A stretch of DNA of 64,000 nt. Origin: Alphaproteobacteria bacterium. GTDB taxonomy: Bacteria > Pseudomonadota > Alphaproteobacteria > Micavibrionales > UBA2020. The DNA lies in contig JBKBWZ010000002.1 of the NCBI GenBank assembly GCA_046314385.1, forward strand, positions 697,095 through 761,094, in the 5' to 3' direction. Shown piece by piece: positions 20,500 through 29,831 of this stretch. Below the pieces are notes generated by a model that saw nothing but the letters and a program-made list of their open reading frames with translations, was not told the DNA's origin and did no database searches. Every line of letters starts with the position of its first letter. Position 1 is the stretch's first letter. The translations under genes and the position numbers were made by a program.

Positions 20500-20580
20500 G
20501 TCATTCCGGGCGCAGAACGGAATCCCCGGGCGATCCCTTCGCGGGGAGGCCTAGGATTCCGCGCGGCGCTCGGAATGACA
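20500..20580. repeat. 81-bp composite palindromic intergenic element; likely a bidirectional terminator between convergent lepA and the exonuclease gene
   Basis: Outer arms GTCATTCCGGGCGC / GCGCTCGGAATGAC match 13 of 14. Two ATTCCG-N9-CGGAAT units sit at 20503-20523 and 20556-20576. Central hairpin is CCCCG...CGGGG at 20524-20546. Confidence 0.7.
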
Positions 20581-20630
20581 TTTTTATGATCTTTTCGGCG
20601 GTATGAGGCTGATTTTACCGAGCGGATTTT

Positions 20631-21212
20631 TTAAAACGGTGCCTGCGCCCCGTGCTGCACCAGAAAGCGGTAGGCGGCGGCGATGCTGCGAGCGTCGTGC
20701 AGGGCGTTGTGTTCCTGTATGCCATCCATGGGCGCGCCCAAGACGGCGGCCAGCTTGCCGGAATTGACACCGGGGCGGATGCCGAAATCGGCACCTTTTT
20801 CCATGAACCACGGGCCGATGTTCAAGCTGCTGAAATCTTCTTCGCTGTCCGGCATGCCGGCCCAGCCAAGGTTTTCGCGCACCACACTGTCATCCTGCCC
20901 ATAGGCCGCCGTCGGGTCGCTTTGCACAAAGGCGATAAAGGCATGATAGGCATCGGGGAAGGGCACGCCATCGCGCGCCACATCGTCGTTGCTGATGCCG
21001 GTCAGCGCCGTGAAGAAATCCGACAGCACGGGGTTTTTGACGGGTTTGACGAGGATCTGGAATTCGTCGACTTCTTGCAAGCGGTCGATATCAAAACGGA
21101 TGGCGCCGATCTGCACCAGCTCGCGGTACTGGCCGGGTTCTGACCAGCCGCCTTGCATCGCGCCTTCCCAGGTCGTGAATTCGGTATCGTAAAAAACAAC
21201 CGTGCGTCCCAT
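20631..21212 (-). CDS. DEDDh 3'-5' exonuclease domain protein (KapD/ERI-1-like)
   Basis: Exo I VVFYDTEFT. The C-terminal HNALHDARSIA (Exo III, H-x4-D) is typical of the DnaQ-like DEDDh family. Confidence 0.7.
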   Translation of the reverse strand: MGRTVVFYDTEFTTWEGAMQGGWSEPGQYRELVQIGAIRFDIDRLQEVDEFQILVKPVKNPVLSDFFTALTGISNDDVARDGVPFPDAYHAFIAFVQSDPTAAYGQDDSVVRENLGWAGMPDSEEDFSSLNIGPWFMEKGADFGIRPGVNSGKLAAVLGAPMDGIQEHNALHDARSIAAAYRFLVQHGAQAPF

Positions 21213-21217
21213 GCGTC

Positions 21218-23470
21218 TTATGCCCCCGGTTTGAATTTGCGTATGAACTGCACGATCTTGCCATCAGCTTTCTGTTCGGCGTCGACTTTGGCCTTATAGG
21301 CTTTCTGGTCGACGGGGCCGACGGCTTTTTCGATGAAGCCGAAGGTCTCTGCCCAGTCCTGAATATACTTCTGGATCGAACGGCCCGCGCCATGGCCGGC
21401 GTCTTTTTCCACGCGCATCAGCGTCAGGTTGTCGGGCGAAGATTTCGCCTGCAATGTCGCGGCCAGTTTAAACGAATGCCACGGCACGACGCGGTCGTCA
21501 TGATCGGCCGTTTTGATCAGGTGCTTGGGATACTTCGCGCCCGGCTTCACGTTATGCAGCGGCGAATAGCGCGCGGCGGTGTTGAAATCTGCTTTGATAT
21601 CCGGATCGCCGTAATCCGACTTCCACGCCGCGCCATAGGTGGCCAGATGGAAGCGGAACATGTCTGTCACGGCGACTTCGGTAATGACCGCGCCGAACAA
21701 ATCGGGGCGCTGCAGCATGGTGGCAGAGGTCAAAAGCCCGCCGTTGCTGCCGCCGTTGATGATCAGGCGGTCTTTCGACGTATAGCCGCTTTTTTGCAGG
21801 TGTTCGGCGCAGGCGATAAAATCGTCAAAGACGTTCTGCTTGTTTTCGCGTCTGCCGCCGTTGTACCAGTCTTCGCCAAATTCGCCGCCACCGCGCAGGT
21901 TGGCCTGCACATAGATGCCGCCGGATTTGACGAAGTGCATGATCGACGTATCATAGCCCGGTGTCAGCGGCACGTTGAACCCGCCGTAGCCGTACAAAAT
22001 CGTTGCCGCGCTGCCGTCCAGTTTGGTGTCGGGGTGACGGATGACGGTCATCGGCACTTTGGTGCCGTCTTTGGATGTAGCATGGAGGCGCTCGACCACG
22101 CAATCGGACAGGTCGTATTTGGCGGCACCTTTGCGCACGAAATCGAGGCTGTTTTTCTCGATATCGTAATGGTAAATGTCGCCCTGCGTTTGCCAGCCGG
22201 AGATTTTCATCGTGAAAAAATCATCATCCTTCTGGATGCGCGCATAGCTGGCTGTAGATTGCAGCGGCAGGGGCATGTCGTGCAGATAATCCCCTTCGGG
22301 TGTGAAGACGCGCACGGCATCGGCGGTGTCGCGGGTATAAAAGCCGAAAAGCTTTCCTTTGTGAATCATCGCGCTGTCAAGGATATCAATCACGTGCTGG
22401 TCGATGACGGTTTCCCAGTTTTCGGGCGCGGGGTTGTACGGGTCAAGCTTGACCAGTTTGCCGCGCGGGGCGTCCTTGTTGGTGACGGCGAGGATCTTGC
22501 CGTCTTCCAGCTCCGCAATCGGGCTCACAGTATAGGTTTTCGGTGCGGTGATCTGGCGGAATTCTTCATTGCTGCCAAAGGGGCGGAAAGAAACGCCGCT
22601 GTTTTTATCCGTGCCGATGCTGTGCCACATCCATTCATATTTGGCGGTCGATAGGCGCGACGGCCCCACGAAGGAATCCGGCTCGGCCACTTCATAAACC
22701 GTTTTGTCCGCTGCGACATCGGTGCCGATGGTGTGGTGCTTCACGATGCTGCGGCGGGTGTCGTCATGCGTGGGATAGGTATACTGGAAACTTGTATTGC
22801 TGCCTTTGTCCCACAGAACGCTGGTAAAACGGCAGTTGTCGATTGTATCGGCCAGATCTGCGCCGGTTTCGACGTCGCGGATATGCAGTGTTTGCGCATC
22901 ACTGCCCGCCTTGGAAACCAGATAAACCACGCGCTTGCCGTCGGGGCTGGGCGTCCAGCCGGACAGGGCAACCGTCCCGTCCTTGCTCAGCGTATTGGGG
23001 TCGATCAAGGGGCGCCACGGGCCTTCTTCGCTGTCGCCGACTTCAACAACGCTTTGTGCTGCCAGCGATTTGTGGAAGGTGCGGAAATATTTCTGGCCGT
23101 AGCGGCTGGGCAGGCTGAAGCTGTCGTAATCAAGCGCATCGGTCATGAATTGCTCGGCGCGTTTCATGCCTTCTTCCTGACCTTTGATATAGTCTTCAAA
23201 GCGGGCGTTCTGCTTGCCGACCCATGTGGCCGTTGCCGGCGCGTCGAGGTCTTCGAGCGGACGGAACGGGTCGGAAACCGGCGTGCCGTGTTTGATCTCG
23301 ACAAGGGTGTTATCGACCGGCGGCTCTGCGGCGCGGAATTGCTCTTCCGGCGATACCGTGAACTGCATATTGGGCAGGCGCGGGGCGCGGTTGTCGTTAT
23401 CGGGGGCGGGCAGATCATGCTTGCCGAAGAGTTTGTTTGCCAGCTGGCGCAGGGAACGTCCGAAAGCCAT
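21218..23470 (-). CDS. prolyl oligopeptidase family serine peptidase (S9A)
   Basis: 750 aa with a beta-propeller region followed by the catalytic domain. Nucleophile motif is GGSNGGLL, with distal D...H (ADHDDRV, GHG). Confidence 0.85.
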   Translation of the reverse strand: MAFGRSLRQLANKLFGKHDLPAPDNDNRAPRLPNMQFTVSPEEQFRAAEPPVDNTLVEIKHGTPVSDPFRPLEDLDAPATATWVGKQNARFEDYIKGQEEGMKRAEQFMTDALDYDSFSLPSRYGQKYFRTFHKSLAAQSVVEVGDSEEGPWRPLIDPNTLSKDGTVALSGWTPSPDGKRVVYLVSKAGSDAQTLHIRDVETGADLADTIDNCRFTSVLWDKGSNTSFQYTYPTHDDTRRSIVKHHTIGTDVAADKTVYEVAEPDSFVGPSRLSTAKYEWMWHSIGTDKNSGVSFRPFGSNEEFRQITAPKTYTVSPIAELEDGKILAVTNKDAPRGKLVKLDPYNPAPENWETVIDQHVIDILDSAMIHKGKLFGFYTRDTADAVRVFTPEGDYLHDMPLPLQSTASYARIQKDDDFFTMKISGWQTQGDIYHYDIEKNSLDFVRKGAAKYDLSDCVVERLHATSKDGTKVPMTVIRHPDTKLDGSAATILYGYGGFNVPLTPGYDTSIMHFVKSGGIYVQANLRGGGEFGEDWYNGGRRENKQNVFDDFIACAEHLQKSGYTSKDRLIINGGSNGGLLTSATMLQRPDLFGAVITEVAVTDMFRFHLATYGAAWKSDYGDPDIKADFNTAARYSPLHNVKPGAKYPKHLIKTADHDDRVVPWHSFKLAATLQAKSSPDNLTLMRVEKDAGHGAGRSIQKYIQDWAETFGFIEKAVGPVDQKAYKAKVDAEQKADGKIVQFIRKFKPGA

Positions 23471-23635
23471 TGCGGGCTCCTTTTGTATGTTTACGAAACT
23501 TTTGAAATGAATCCGGGCAAATTTTGCAAAATTATTGCGTAAAATGCAAACGTTTTGTAATTTACATAAAATTTTGAAAGCGTGCGGCGTTTCAGCGACC
23601 TGTTGAGGCTGGCTGCGTAATGCTTATTCAGGGTT

Positions 23636-24916
23636 TTACGGTGCTTGCTTTGTTTTCTCGCAGCGCTCTTCCATTTTTGCCCCTGCGGCGACAGGATCGA
23701 ATCCCTCAGGCCATGTCGTTTCGCAGGTGTAAGTGCTGCCCGTGAGCTGGACATCTGAGAGGATGGATTTACTGAAATCTACTTTTGTGAAATAACCGTT
23801 GAAAATTTGCGCATTTGAAAAGTCTGTGCCGTCAAGCGTGACTTTAGAAAAGCGGGTTTGGTGAAAACGCGCGTTTTTGAAAATGGTATCCGATAGGTCA
23901 CCTGAAAAGCTGCCGCTCTCGAATGTGGCATCAGTAAAGTCAGCATTCTTGAGGTTAGTTTCTGAGAACCCCGATTGTTGAAAGCGGGCTGCCTTAAAAA
24001 TGGCTTTGGAAAGGTCAGAATTTATAAAATAAGTTTTTTTGAAATCTCCGCGTTCGAAGCTGCTTCCGTTTAGCAGGGCTTTTTTAAAATGCACATTTTC
24101 AAAAGAGTTTAAACCCGCCGCCAAATTTGAATTTTTAATGTCTTTAAAACGCAGATCCTTAAGAAAAAGGCGGCTCTGGTGAGGAATTTCTTTATTTAAG
24201 GCAATCCAGGCGTAACTCCATGGCATTGCGATATTCATATTGCTAGCGTCGCGGCGTTGCGGGAAGGGCGCAGAAAATTCACTTGTATAGAGGTCTGCAA
24301 TTTCTTGCGGCTTTTTAAGCTGAAGGAATACATTCAGCAGGCTCTCTATAACCCAGCGGTTTTGCGGTTCTATTTCCCGAAGTTGCCGCAAGGTTGTCTC
24401 TGCTTGCTGGTAGTCTTGCCAGTAGAGCAGCTGCGCTGCTTTTGCTTTTAACAGCGCAGTTTTGTTTACGGTGTCTCTGGCTATAGATTCATCAAGACTT
24501 CTTATTTCTGAAATCCTCTCGTTAATGGCGCTATAGTCTATAGGTGGTGAAAAGTCTAACCGCTGTGTGCCGGAGCAAGAGGTCACAGCTAGGCCGTCTT
24601 CTCTAGGGTAAGCGTATATAATATATTTTTGTCCAACGAGAAGGCCATTACTGCATGAAGTGGAAAAGAAAGGATCAAAAACCAAAACCTCTTTCTCTGG
24701 AAGGCCTTTATAAACTTTCTCTACGCGAATGAGCGTTTTAGTGGGGGTATATCCCTCTTGCTGAGTACTGATGACTTCTCCTTCGAATATTGTGAGTGCG
24801 TTTTTGTATGATTCGTGAGGTGAAGGCGGGCTACATCTGCAGGCTAGCGCAGGGGTTATCGAAGAGGGGAATACCACAAGCAAGAGGGTAAAAAAAATAG
24901 CGGCTGTTCTCTGCAT
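23636..24916 (-). CDS. secreted protein: TIMP/NTR-like Cys-x-Cys N-terminal domain, a TPR-like middle and C-terminal pentapeptide repeats
   Basis: Start trimmed to MQRTAAIFFTLLLVVFPSSITPALA|CRCSPPSPHE. The C-terminal ~170 aa are A(D/N)LxF-type pentapeptide repeats (NLKNADFTDATFESGSFSGDLSDTIFKNARFHQTRF...). GC is markedly lower than the flanks. Confidence 0.6.
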   Translation of the reverse strand: MQRTAAIFFTLLLVVFPSSITPALACRCSPPSPHESYKNALTIFEGEVISTQQEGYTPTKTLIRVEKVYKGLPEKEVLVFDPFFSTSCSNGLLVGQKYIIYAYPREDGLAVTSCSGTQRLDFSPPIDYSAINERISEIRSLDESIARDTVNKTALLKAKAAQLLYWQDYQQAETTLRQLREIEPQNRWVIESLLNVFLQLKKPQEIADLYTSEFSAPFPQRRDASNMNIAMPWSYAWIALNKEIPHQSRLFLKDLRFKDIKNSNLAAGLNSFENVHFKKALLNGSSFERGDFKKTYFINSDLSKAIFKAARFQQSGFSETNLKNADFTDATFESGSFSGDLSDTIFKNARFHQTRFSKVTLDGTDFSNAQIFNGYFTKVDFSKSILSDVQLTGSTYTCETTWPEGFDPVAAGAKMEERCEKTKQAP

Positions 24917-24933
24917 GGCGACTTGATTCTCTT

Positions 24934-26529
24934 CTAAATATTTTGAGCACGGATATGCGCGACCAGTCCGGCGGTAGAGGCGTCGCGGGTGGTGTCGGGT
25001 GGTGCGGTGCCGGCGATTTCGGGCTCGAGACCTTTGGCGAGCACTTTGCCAAGCTCCACGCCCCATTGGTCAAAGCTGTTCACGCACCACAAAATGCCCT
25101 GCACGAAAACCTTGTGTTCGTACATCGACAGCAAAAGGCCGAGCGTATAGGGCGTCAGCGCGTCGAGCAGGAAAGTTGTCGACGGACGGTTGCCCGTAAA
25201 ATGGCGGTGCGGTTCGGCGGTGTTGTTTTGCCCGCTCATCAGCGCCGCGCTTTGGGCAAGGCAATTGGCCAGCAGCATGCTGTGCTGTGCGGCGCTGCCG
25301 CCGGAGGGCGCGGTGCAGGCGATGAAATCGACCGGCACCACATCGGGGCTCTGGTGCAGCCACTGGAAGAAACTATGCTGCGCGTCCGTGCCCGGTTCGC
25401 CAAAGATAATCGGGCCGGTGGCAACGGGCACGGGCTTGCCATCCTGCATGACCCGCTTGCCGTTGCTTTCCATGTCCAGCTGCTGCAAAAACGCAGGCAG
25501 GCGGCGCAGGGCGGCATGATAGGGGATAACAGCCAGCGCGGGATAATTGCACAGGTTGCGGTGCCACAGGCCGATCAGCCCCATCAGCACGGGCAGGTTT
25601 TTTTCCAGCGGCGCGGTTTTGAAATGCGCATCCATGTCGCGCGCACCGGATAAAAATTCGGCGAATTTATCTGCCCCGACCATCAGCATGACCGACAGGC
25701 CGATTGATGACCAGACGCTATAGCGCCCGCCAACCCAGTCCTGAAACGGAAACATGTTTTCAGGCGCAATACCAAAAGCCGCCACGGCGGCGGCGTTTGT
25801 GGAGGCCGCAACGAAATGCTTTGCCACCGCGGCTTCATCGCGCTTGTAATGCGCCAGCAGCCAGCTGCGCGCGATATGCGCATTCTGCATGGTTTCGGCG
25901 GTGGTGAATGTTTTTGAAGCAACAATAAAAAGCGTGGTTTCAGGATCGATACGGCGCAGCGTACCTTCCAGATCAGACGCTTCGACATTCGCCACATAAT
26001 GCGCGCGCAGGCGCGGATGGTGAAATGCGCCCAGCGCTTCGCAGACCAATTGCGGGCCAAGGCTGGAGCCGCCGATGCCGATATTAACGATATTGGTGAT
26101 TTCTTTGCCGCTATGGCCTGTCCAGCCGCCGCTGCGCAGGGCTTCGCTGAACTGGCCCATACGCGCAAGGGTTTCCTGTACGGCGGGCACAACGTTTTCG
26201 CCGTCGACCATCATCTGCGCATCGGCGCCGGCGCGCAGGGCGGTGTGCAGCACGGCGCGGTTTTCGGTCTGGTTGATGCGTTCGCCCGCGAACATGGCGT
26301 CGCGGCGTTTTTCAAGGCCAGCCGCCCGCGCGAGGGAGACGAGGAGAGAGACGGTTTCTTCGGTGATGTGGTTCTTGGAGTAATCTGCCAAAAGCCCGGG
26401 CAGACGCAGCGAAAGTTTATCAAACCGCGAAGTGTCCTGCGCGAAAAGACCGGAGAGGGGCGTTGCCGCCAGTTTCTGGTGATGCGCCTTCAGAAGCGGC
26501 CAGGGGCTGAGCTGGTTGATATCGGTCAT
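24934..26529 (-). CDS. pgi: glucose-6-phosphate isomerase
   Basis: 531 aa. IGIGGSSLGP, GEPGTDAQHSFFQ and the SFDQWGVELGK signature. Confidence 0.93.
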   Translation of the reverse strand: MTDINQLSPWPLLKAHHQKLAATPLSGLFAQDTSRFDKLSLRLPGLLADYSKNHITEETVSLLVSLARAAGLEKRRDAMFAGERINQTENRAVLHTALRAGADAQMMVDGENVVPAVQETLARMGQFSEALRSGGWTGHSGKEITNIVNIGIGGSSLGPQLVCEALGAFHHPRLRAHYVANVEASDLEGTLRRIDPETTLFIVASKTFTTAETMQNAHIARSWLLAHYKRDEAAVAKHFVAASTNAAAVAAFGIAPENMFPFQDWVGGRYSVWSSIGLSVMLMVGADKFAEFLSGARDMDAHFKTAPLEKNLPVLMGLIGLWHRNLCNYPALAVIPYHAALRRLPAFLQQLDMESNGKRVMQDGKPVPVATGPIIFGEPGTDAQHSFFQWLHQSPDVVPVDFIACTAPSGGSAAQHSMLLANCLAQSAALMSGQNNTAEPHRHFTGNRPSTTFLLDALTPYTLGLLLSMYEHKVFVQGILWCVNSFDQWGVELGKVLAKGLEPEIAGTAPPDTTRDASTAGLVAHIRAQNI

Positions 26530-26596
26530 GCATTATCCTGCGTCAATAAAATGAATGGTGCTGTCTGTCATGCGCCACGGGCGCAGGGCAAACGGC

Positions 26597-28009
26597 TTAT
26601 TTCTTTTCCGGTTCCTTCATCCCCGGCGGACGGTCGAGCAATATATCGGCCTTTATATCCGCGGGGCGGCCAACCATGACAATGGTCAGCTCGTCCGCTT
26701 TCAAAAGCCGCTGTGCCACGCGGCGTACATCGGCTGCGGTGACTTTTGTGATCTCGGCATTGCGGCGGTTGATGTATTCGGCATCCAGGCCATCGCGCTG
26801 CAGCCCGTTGAGCGTCGAGGCGATATCGCCGGTCGAGGTCAGCTCCAGCAGCAGCGAGCCGGTTAAATAAGCTTTGGCATCGGCAATTTCCTGCTCGCTG
26901 GCGCCTTTTTCGGCCATCAGCTGCCATTCCTGCTTCAGCACATCAACGGCTTCTTTTGCCTTGTCGTTACTGGTGGCAAAACCGGCAGTGATCAGGGCGG
27001 ATTGCCGCATGCTTTGCAGGCTGGAATAGATGCCATAGGTCAGGCCGCGCTTTTCGCGGATTTCGCGCATCAGCCGCGCATCGAAATTACCGCTGCCCAG
27101 AATATAATTCATGACAACAGCCGCATGCCAATCCTTGTCCGCGCGCGCAATCCCGGCGCCGCCGACCGTGATTTGCGTTTGCGGTGTATCCAGCGGATAG
27201 AGCACGGTCTTGCCCGCATATTTGGGCAGGATAAAGCCGATGGGCGCGTTATCGCTTTTCTCCGGCAGTGCGCCAAAAGCCTTGTCGACCAGCTGCGCCG
27301 CCTGCGCTTCGGTGATATCGCCGGCAAGGGCGACTTTCAGGTTGTCACGTGCAAACTGCGCCTTGGTGTAATCAATCAGATCCTGACGCGTGATGGTGGC
27401 CATCGAAGCCAGATGTCCTGCACCGGGCAGGCCATAGGCGTGACCTTCAAAAACCATACCGTTGAAACTGCGCGCGACAAGCCATGCCGGATCGCCGCGG
27501 TCATGCCGGATCTGGGCAACGTTGGCGTTTTTCATACGCTCGATCGCATCGGTATCAAAACGCGGCTGCGTGAGGGCAAGCTGCAATAAATGCGTTGCCA
27601 GATCGCGGTGCTGGGTCAGCGTGCGCAGCTGGCCGTAAAAAGCATCGCGCCCTGCTGTAAATCCCAAACGGATGGCATTGTCAGAGAGTTTGGACTGGAA
27701 TTCCTGACTTTTGATATTGCCGGCACCTTCGTCGAGCAGGATTGATACCAGGCGCGCCACGCCGGGCTTGCCCGCAGGGTCGCCGGCCAGGCCGCCTTCG
27801 AAAGAAAAATTCATCGAGATGACAGGGACGCTTTTATCGCTCACCAGCCAGACTTCGATACCCGCGGGCGTCTTGAAAGATTTGACATCAAGAATCTTGG
27901 CGCGTTCTTTTGCCGCGGCAGGCAGGGCCATGACGGCATAGGCGCAGATCAGCATAGCCGCAGCGATCAGGCCGAAGGACATGCGCAGGGCAGAAAGGGG
28001 GCGGATCAT
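26597..28009 (-). CDS. M16 family peptidase, non-catalytic-type subunit (no HxxEH motif)
   Basis: Signal peptide. Pitrilysin-fold length and blocks are present, but the HxxEH position is replaced (region ARLVSILLDEGAG). A 4-nt overlap links it to the upstream M16 gene. Confidence 0.75.
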   Translation of the reverse strand: MIRPLSALRMSFGLIAAAMLICAYAVMALPAAAKERAKILDVKSFKTPAGIEVWLVSDKSVPVISMNFSFEGGLAGDPAGKPGVARLVSILLDEGAGNIKSQEFQSKLSDNAIRLGFTAGRDAFYGQLRTLTQHRDLATHLLQLALTQPRFDTDAIERMKNANVAQIRHDRGDPAWLVARSFNGMVFEGHAYGLPGAGHLASMATITRQDLIDYTKAQFARDNLKVALAGDITEAQAAQLVDKAFGALPEKSDNAPIGFILPKYAGKTVLYPLDTPQTQITVGGAGIARADKDWHAAVVMNYILGSGNFDARLMREIREKRGLTYGIYSSLQSMRQSALITAGFATSNDKAKEAVDVLKQEWQLMAEKGASEQEIADAKAYLTGSLLLELTSTGDIASTLNGLQRDGLDAEYINRRNAEITKVTAADVRRVAQRLLKADELTIVMVGRPADIKADILLDRPPGMKEPEKK

Positions 28010-29364
28010 GGTGTGGCTCCTTTCGCGTCCTTGGCGGCGGGCGGTGTTTTGGGCAGCAAGATGCCCGTCACGGGGAAATCCTCGCCTTTAAAAACGGTTG
28101 TGGCCGCTTGCCCGATATCGTCGATGCCGAGTTTTTCAAGCCGCGTCACGATGTTCTCGACGTAATCGATGCCAAAGCCGCTGGTCAGCACGCGCCCGAA
28201 CAAAAGCGCAGGGCCTTGCAGGCTATCGAGGTAATAGGTCAGATTGGCGCGCTTGCGGCCTTTGGCTGCCTTTAGTTCTTCCAGCGTCACGCCTTTGTCA
28301 AGCAACAGGGCAATCTCTTGTCCCAAAGCCGCTTCAAGATCGGCGATGGAAACGCCCGGCGCGGGGGTCGCATAAAGTGAAAAGGTGGTTTCGCTGAGGC
28401 TCAGCGGTTCGTAATTCGCACCGGCGGAAATAGCCAGTTTGCGCTCCACCACCAGCCGTTTATACAGCCTTGATGTAGAGGTGCCGCCAAGGATTTCGGC
28501 AAGCATGTCAAGCGCGTCTTCGCCGCGCGGTGCGCGCCATGTTTTCATGATAACCGGCTGGCCGATGCGTGCATCTTCCATCACCAGCCGCGGTGCGGCA
28601 ACAATCGGTGCCGCGCGCGTGCGTTTGCGCTCCGGCACGGTTTGTGCCGCGATGGGGCCATAGTGTTTTTTTGCCAGCGGCTCCAGCTCCTTGGCGGTGA
28701 TATCGCCGGAGACGATCAGGATGGCGTTATTCGGCGCATACCATTCATTGTACTGGTCAAAAGCATCTTCGCGCGTCAACTCGCGTATTTCATGCAGCCA
28801 GCCGATAACGGGCACGCCATAGGGGTGGTTGATGAACAGGGTGCTCATCATTTGTTCCTGAAACCGCGCTTGCGGGCGGCTGTCCACGCGCTGGCGGCGC
28901 TCTTCGATGATGACCTGACGTTCCGATGCGACTTCTTCTTCGCGCAGGACAAGGTTTTTCATCCGGTCGGCTTCCATCTCCATCACTTTTTCAAGATGGG
29001 CGAGGGGCACGTTTTGGTAATAGGCCGTGAAATCCTGCGACGTAAAGGCATTGTCATTGCCGCCGAGTTTTTTCACGATGCGTGAAAACTGCCCGTCCGG
29101 CACGTTGGGCGTGCCCTTGAACATCAGGTGTTCAAGGAAATGGGCAATGCCAGATTTGCCGGCCGTTTCATCCGCGCCGCCGAATTTGTACCAGATCATA
29201 TGCGTGACCACCGGCGCGCGGTGATTGGGGATGACCACAACCTTCAGGCCGTTATCAAGGGTAAAGGTCTGGGCATTAAAAATCTTCTCCGCCGCCGCCG
29301 GTGCGGGCAACGTCAGGATCAGAAACGCAAAAATGAAAACACAGCCAAGAAGACGCATCGGCAA
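28006..29364 (-). CDS. M16 family zinc metallopeptidase (catalytic-type subunit)
   Basis: Signal peptide. Inverted zinc motif GIAHFLEHLMFKG (HxxEH) with a downstream Glu block. Confidence 0.85.
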   Translation of the reverse strand: MPMRLLGCVFIFAFLILTLPAPAAAEKIFNAQTFTLDNGLKVVVIPNHRAPVVTHMIWYKFGGADETAGKSGIAHFLEHLMFKGTPNVPDGQFSRIVKKLGGNDNAFTSQDFTAYYQNVPLAHLEKVMEMEADRMKNLVLREEEVASERQVIIEERRQRVDSRPQARFQEQMMSTLFINHPYGVPVIGWLHEIRELTREDAFDQYNEWYAPNNAILIVSGDITAKELEPLAKKHYGPIAAQTVPERKRTRAAPIVAAPRLVMEDARIGQPVIMKTWRAPRGEDALDMLAEILGGTSTSRLYKRLVVERKLAISAGANYEPLSLSETTFSLYATPAPGVSIADLEAALGQEIALLLDKGVTLEELKAAKGRKRANLTYYLDSLQGPALLFGRVLTSGFGIDYVENIVTRLEKLGIDDIGQAATTVFKGEDFPVTGILLPKTPPAAKDAKGATP

Positions 29365-29435
29365 CCTTTATTGTTGGACGTCAGCGAGATGCCAGACTAT
29401 AAATTATGAAGCCCATTGTTTAACAGAGATTGAAG

Positions 29436-29831
29436 ATGAAAAAAAGAACAGCTCCCGCCGCAGATATCCATAAACAAGACAAACACGTGCTTGCCGCCGA
29501 TCTGCTCAAAAAACACCGCCAGAAGATCGATAAAATCGACGCCCAGCTGCTGAAGCTGCTCGGCGACCGCTTTGAAGTGGTGCGTGACGTTGCTGACGTC
29601 AAGATAAAGCATGATATTCCGGCCTTTCTTGGCGGCCGCGTCAACGAAGTGCGCAACAATGCCGTCAAGCTGGGCATTCTTTATGGAATTGATCCGGATT
29701 TCGTGCGCACGCTTTATACCATGCTGATTTACCAGTCCTGCGCCGAAGAAGAGGTGCTGAAGCACGAAGCGCAGCAGAAAAAATCCGGTATCAAAAAAAC
29801 ACCCGCTGCGCGAAAGCCCCGTAAAAAGTGA
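29436..29831 (+). CDS. chorismate mutase (AroQ class)
   Basis: RQKIDKIDAQLLKLLGDRFEVVRDVADVK is the AroQ helix-1 pattern. Small helical protein with a basic tail. The ATG at 29436 is preferred over the TTG at 29430. Confidence 0.7.
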   Translation: MKKRTAPAADIHKQDKHVLAADLLKKHRQKIDKIDAQLLKLLGDRFEVVRDVADVKIKHDIPAFLGGRVNEVRNNAVKLGILYGIDPDFVRTLYTMLIYQSCAEEEVLKHEAQQKKSGIKKTPAARKPRKK

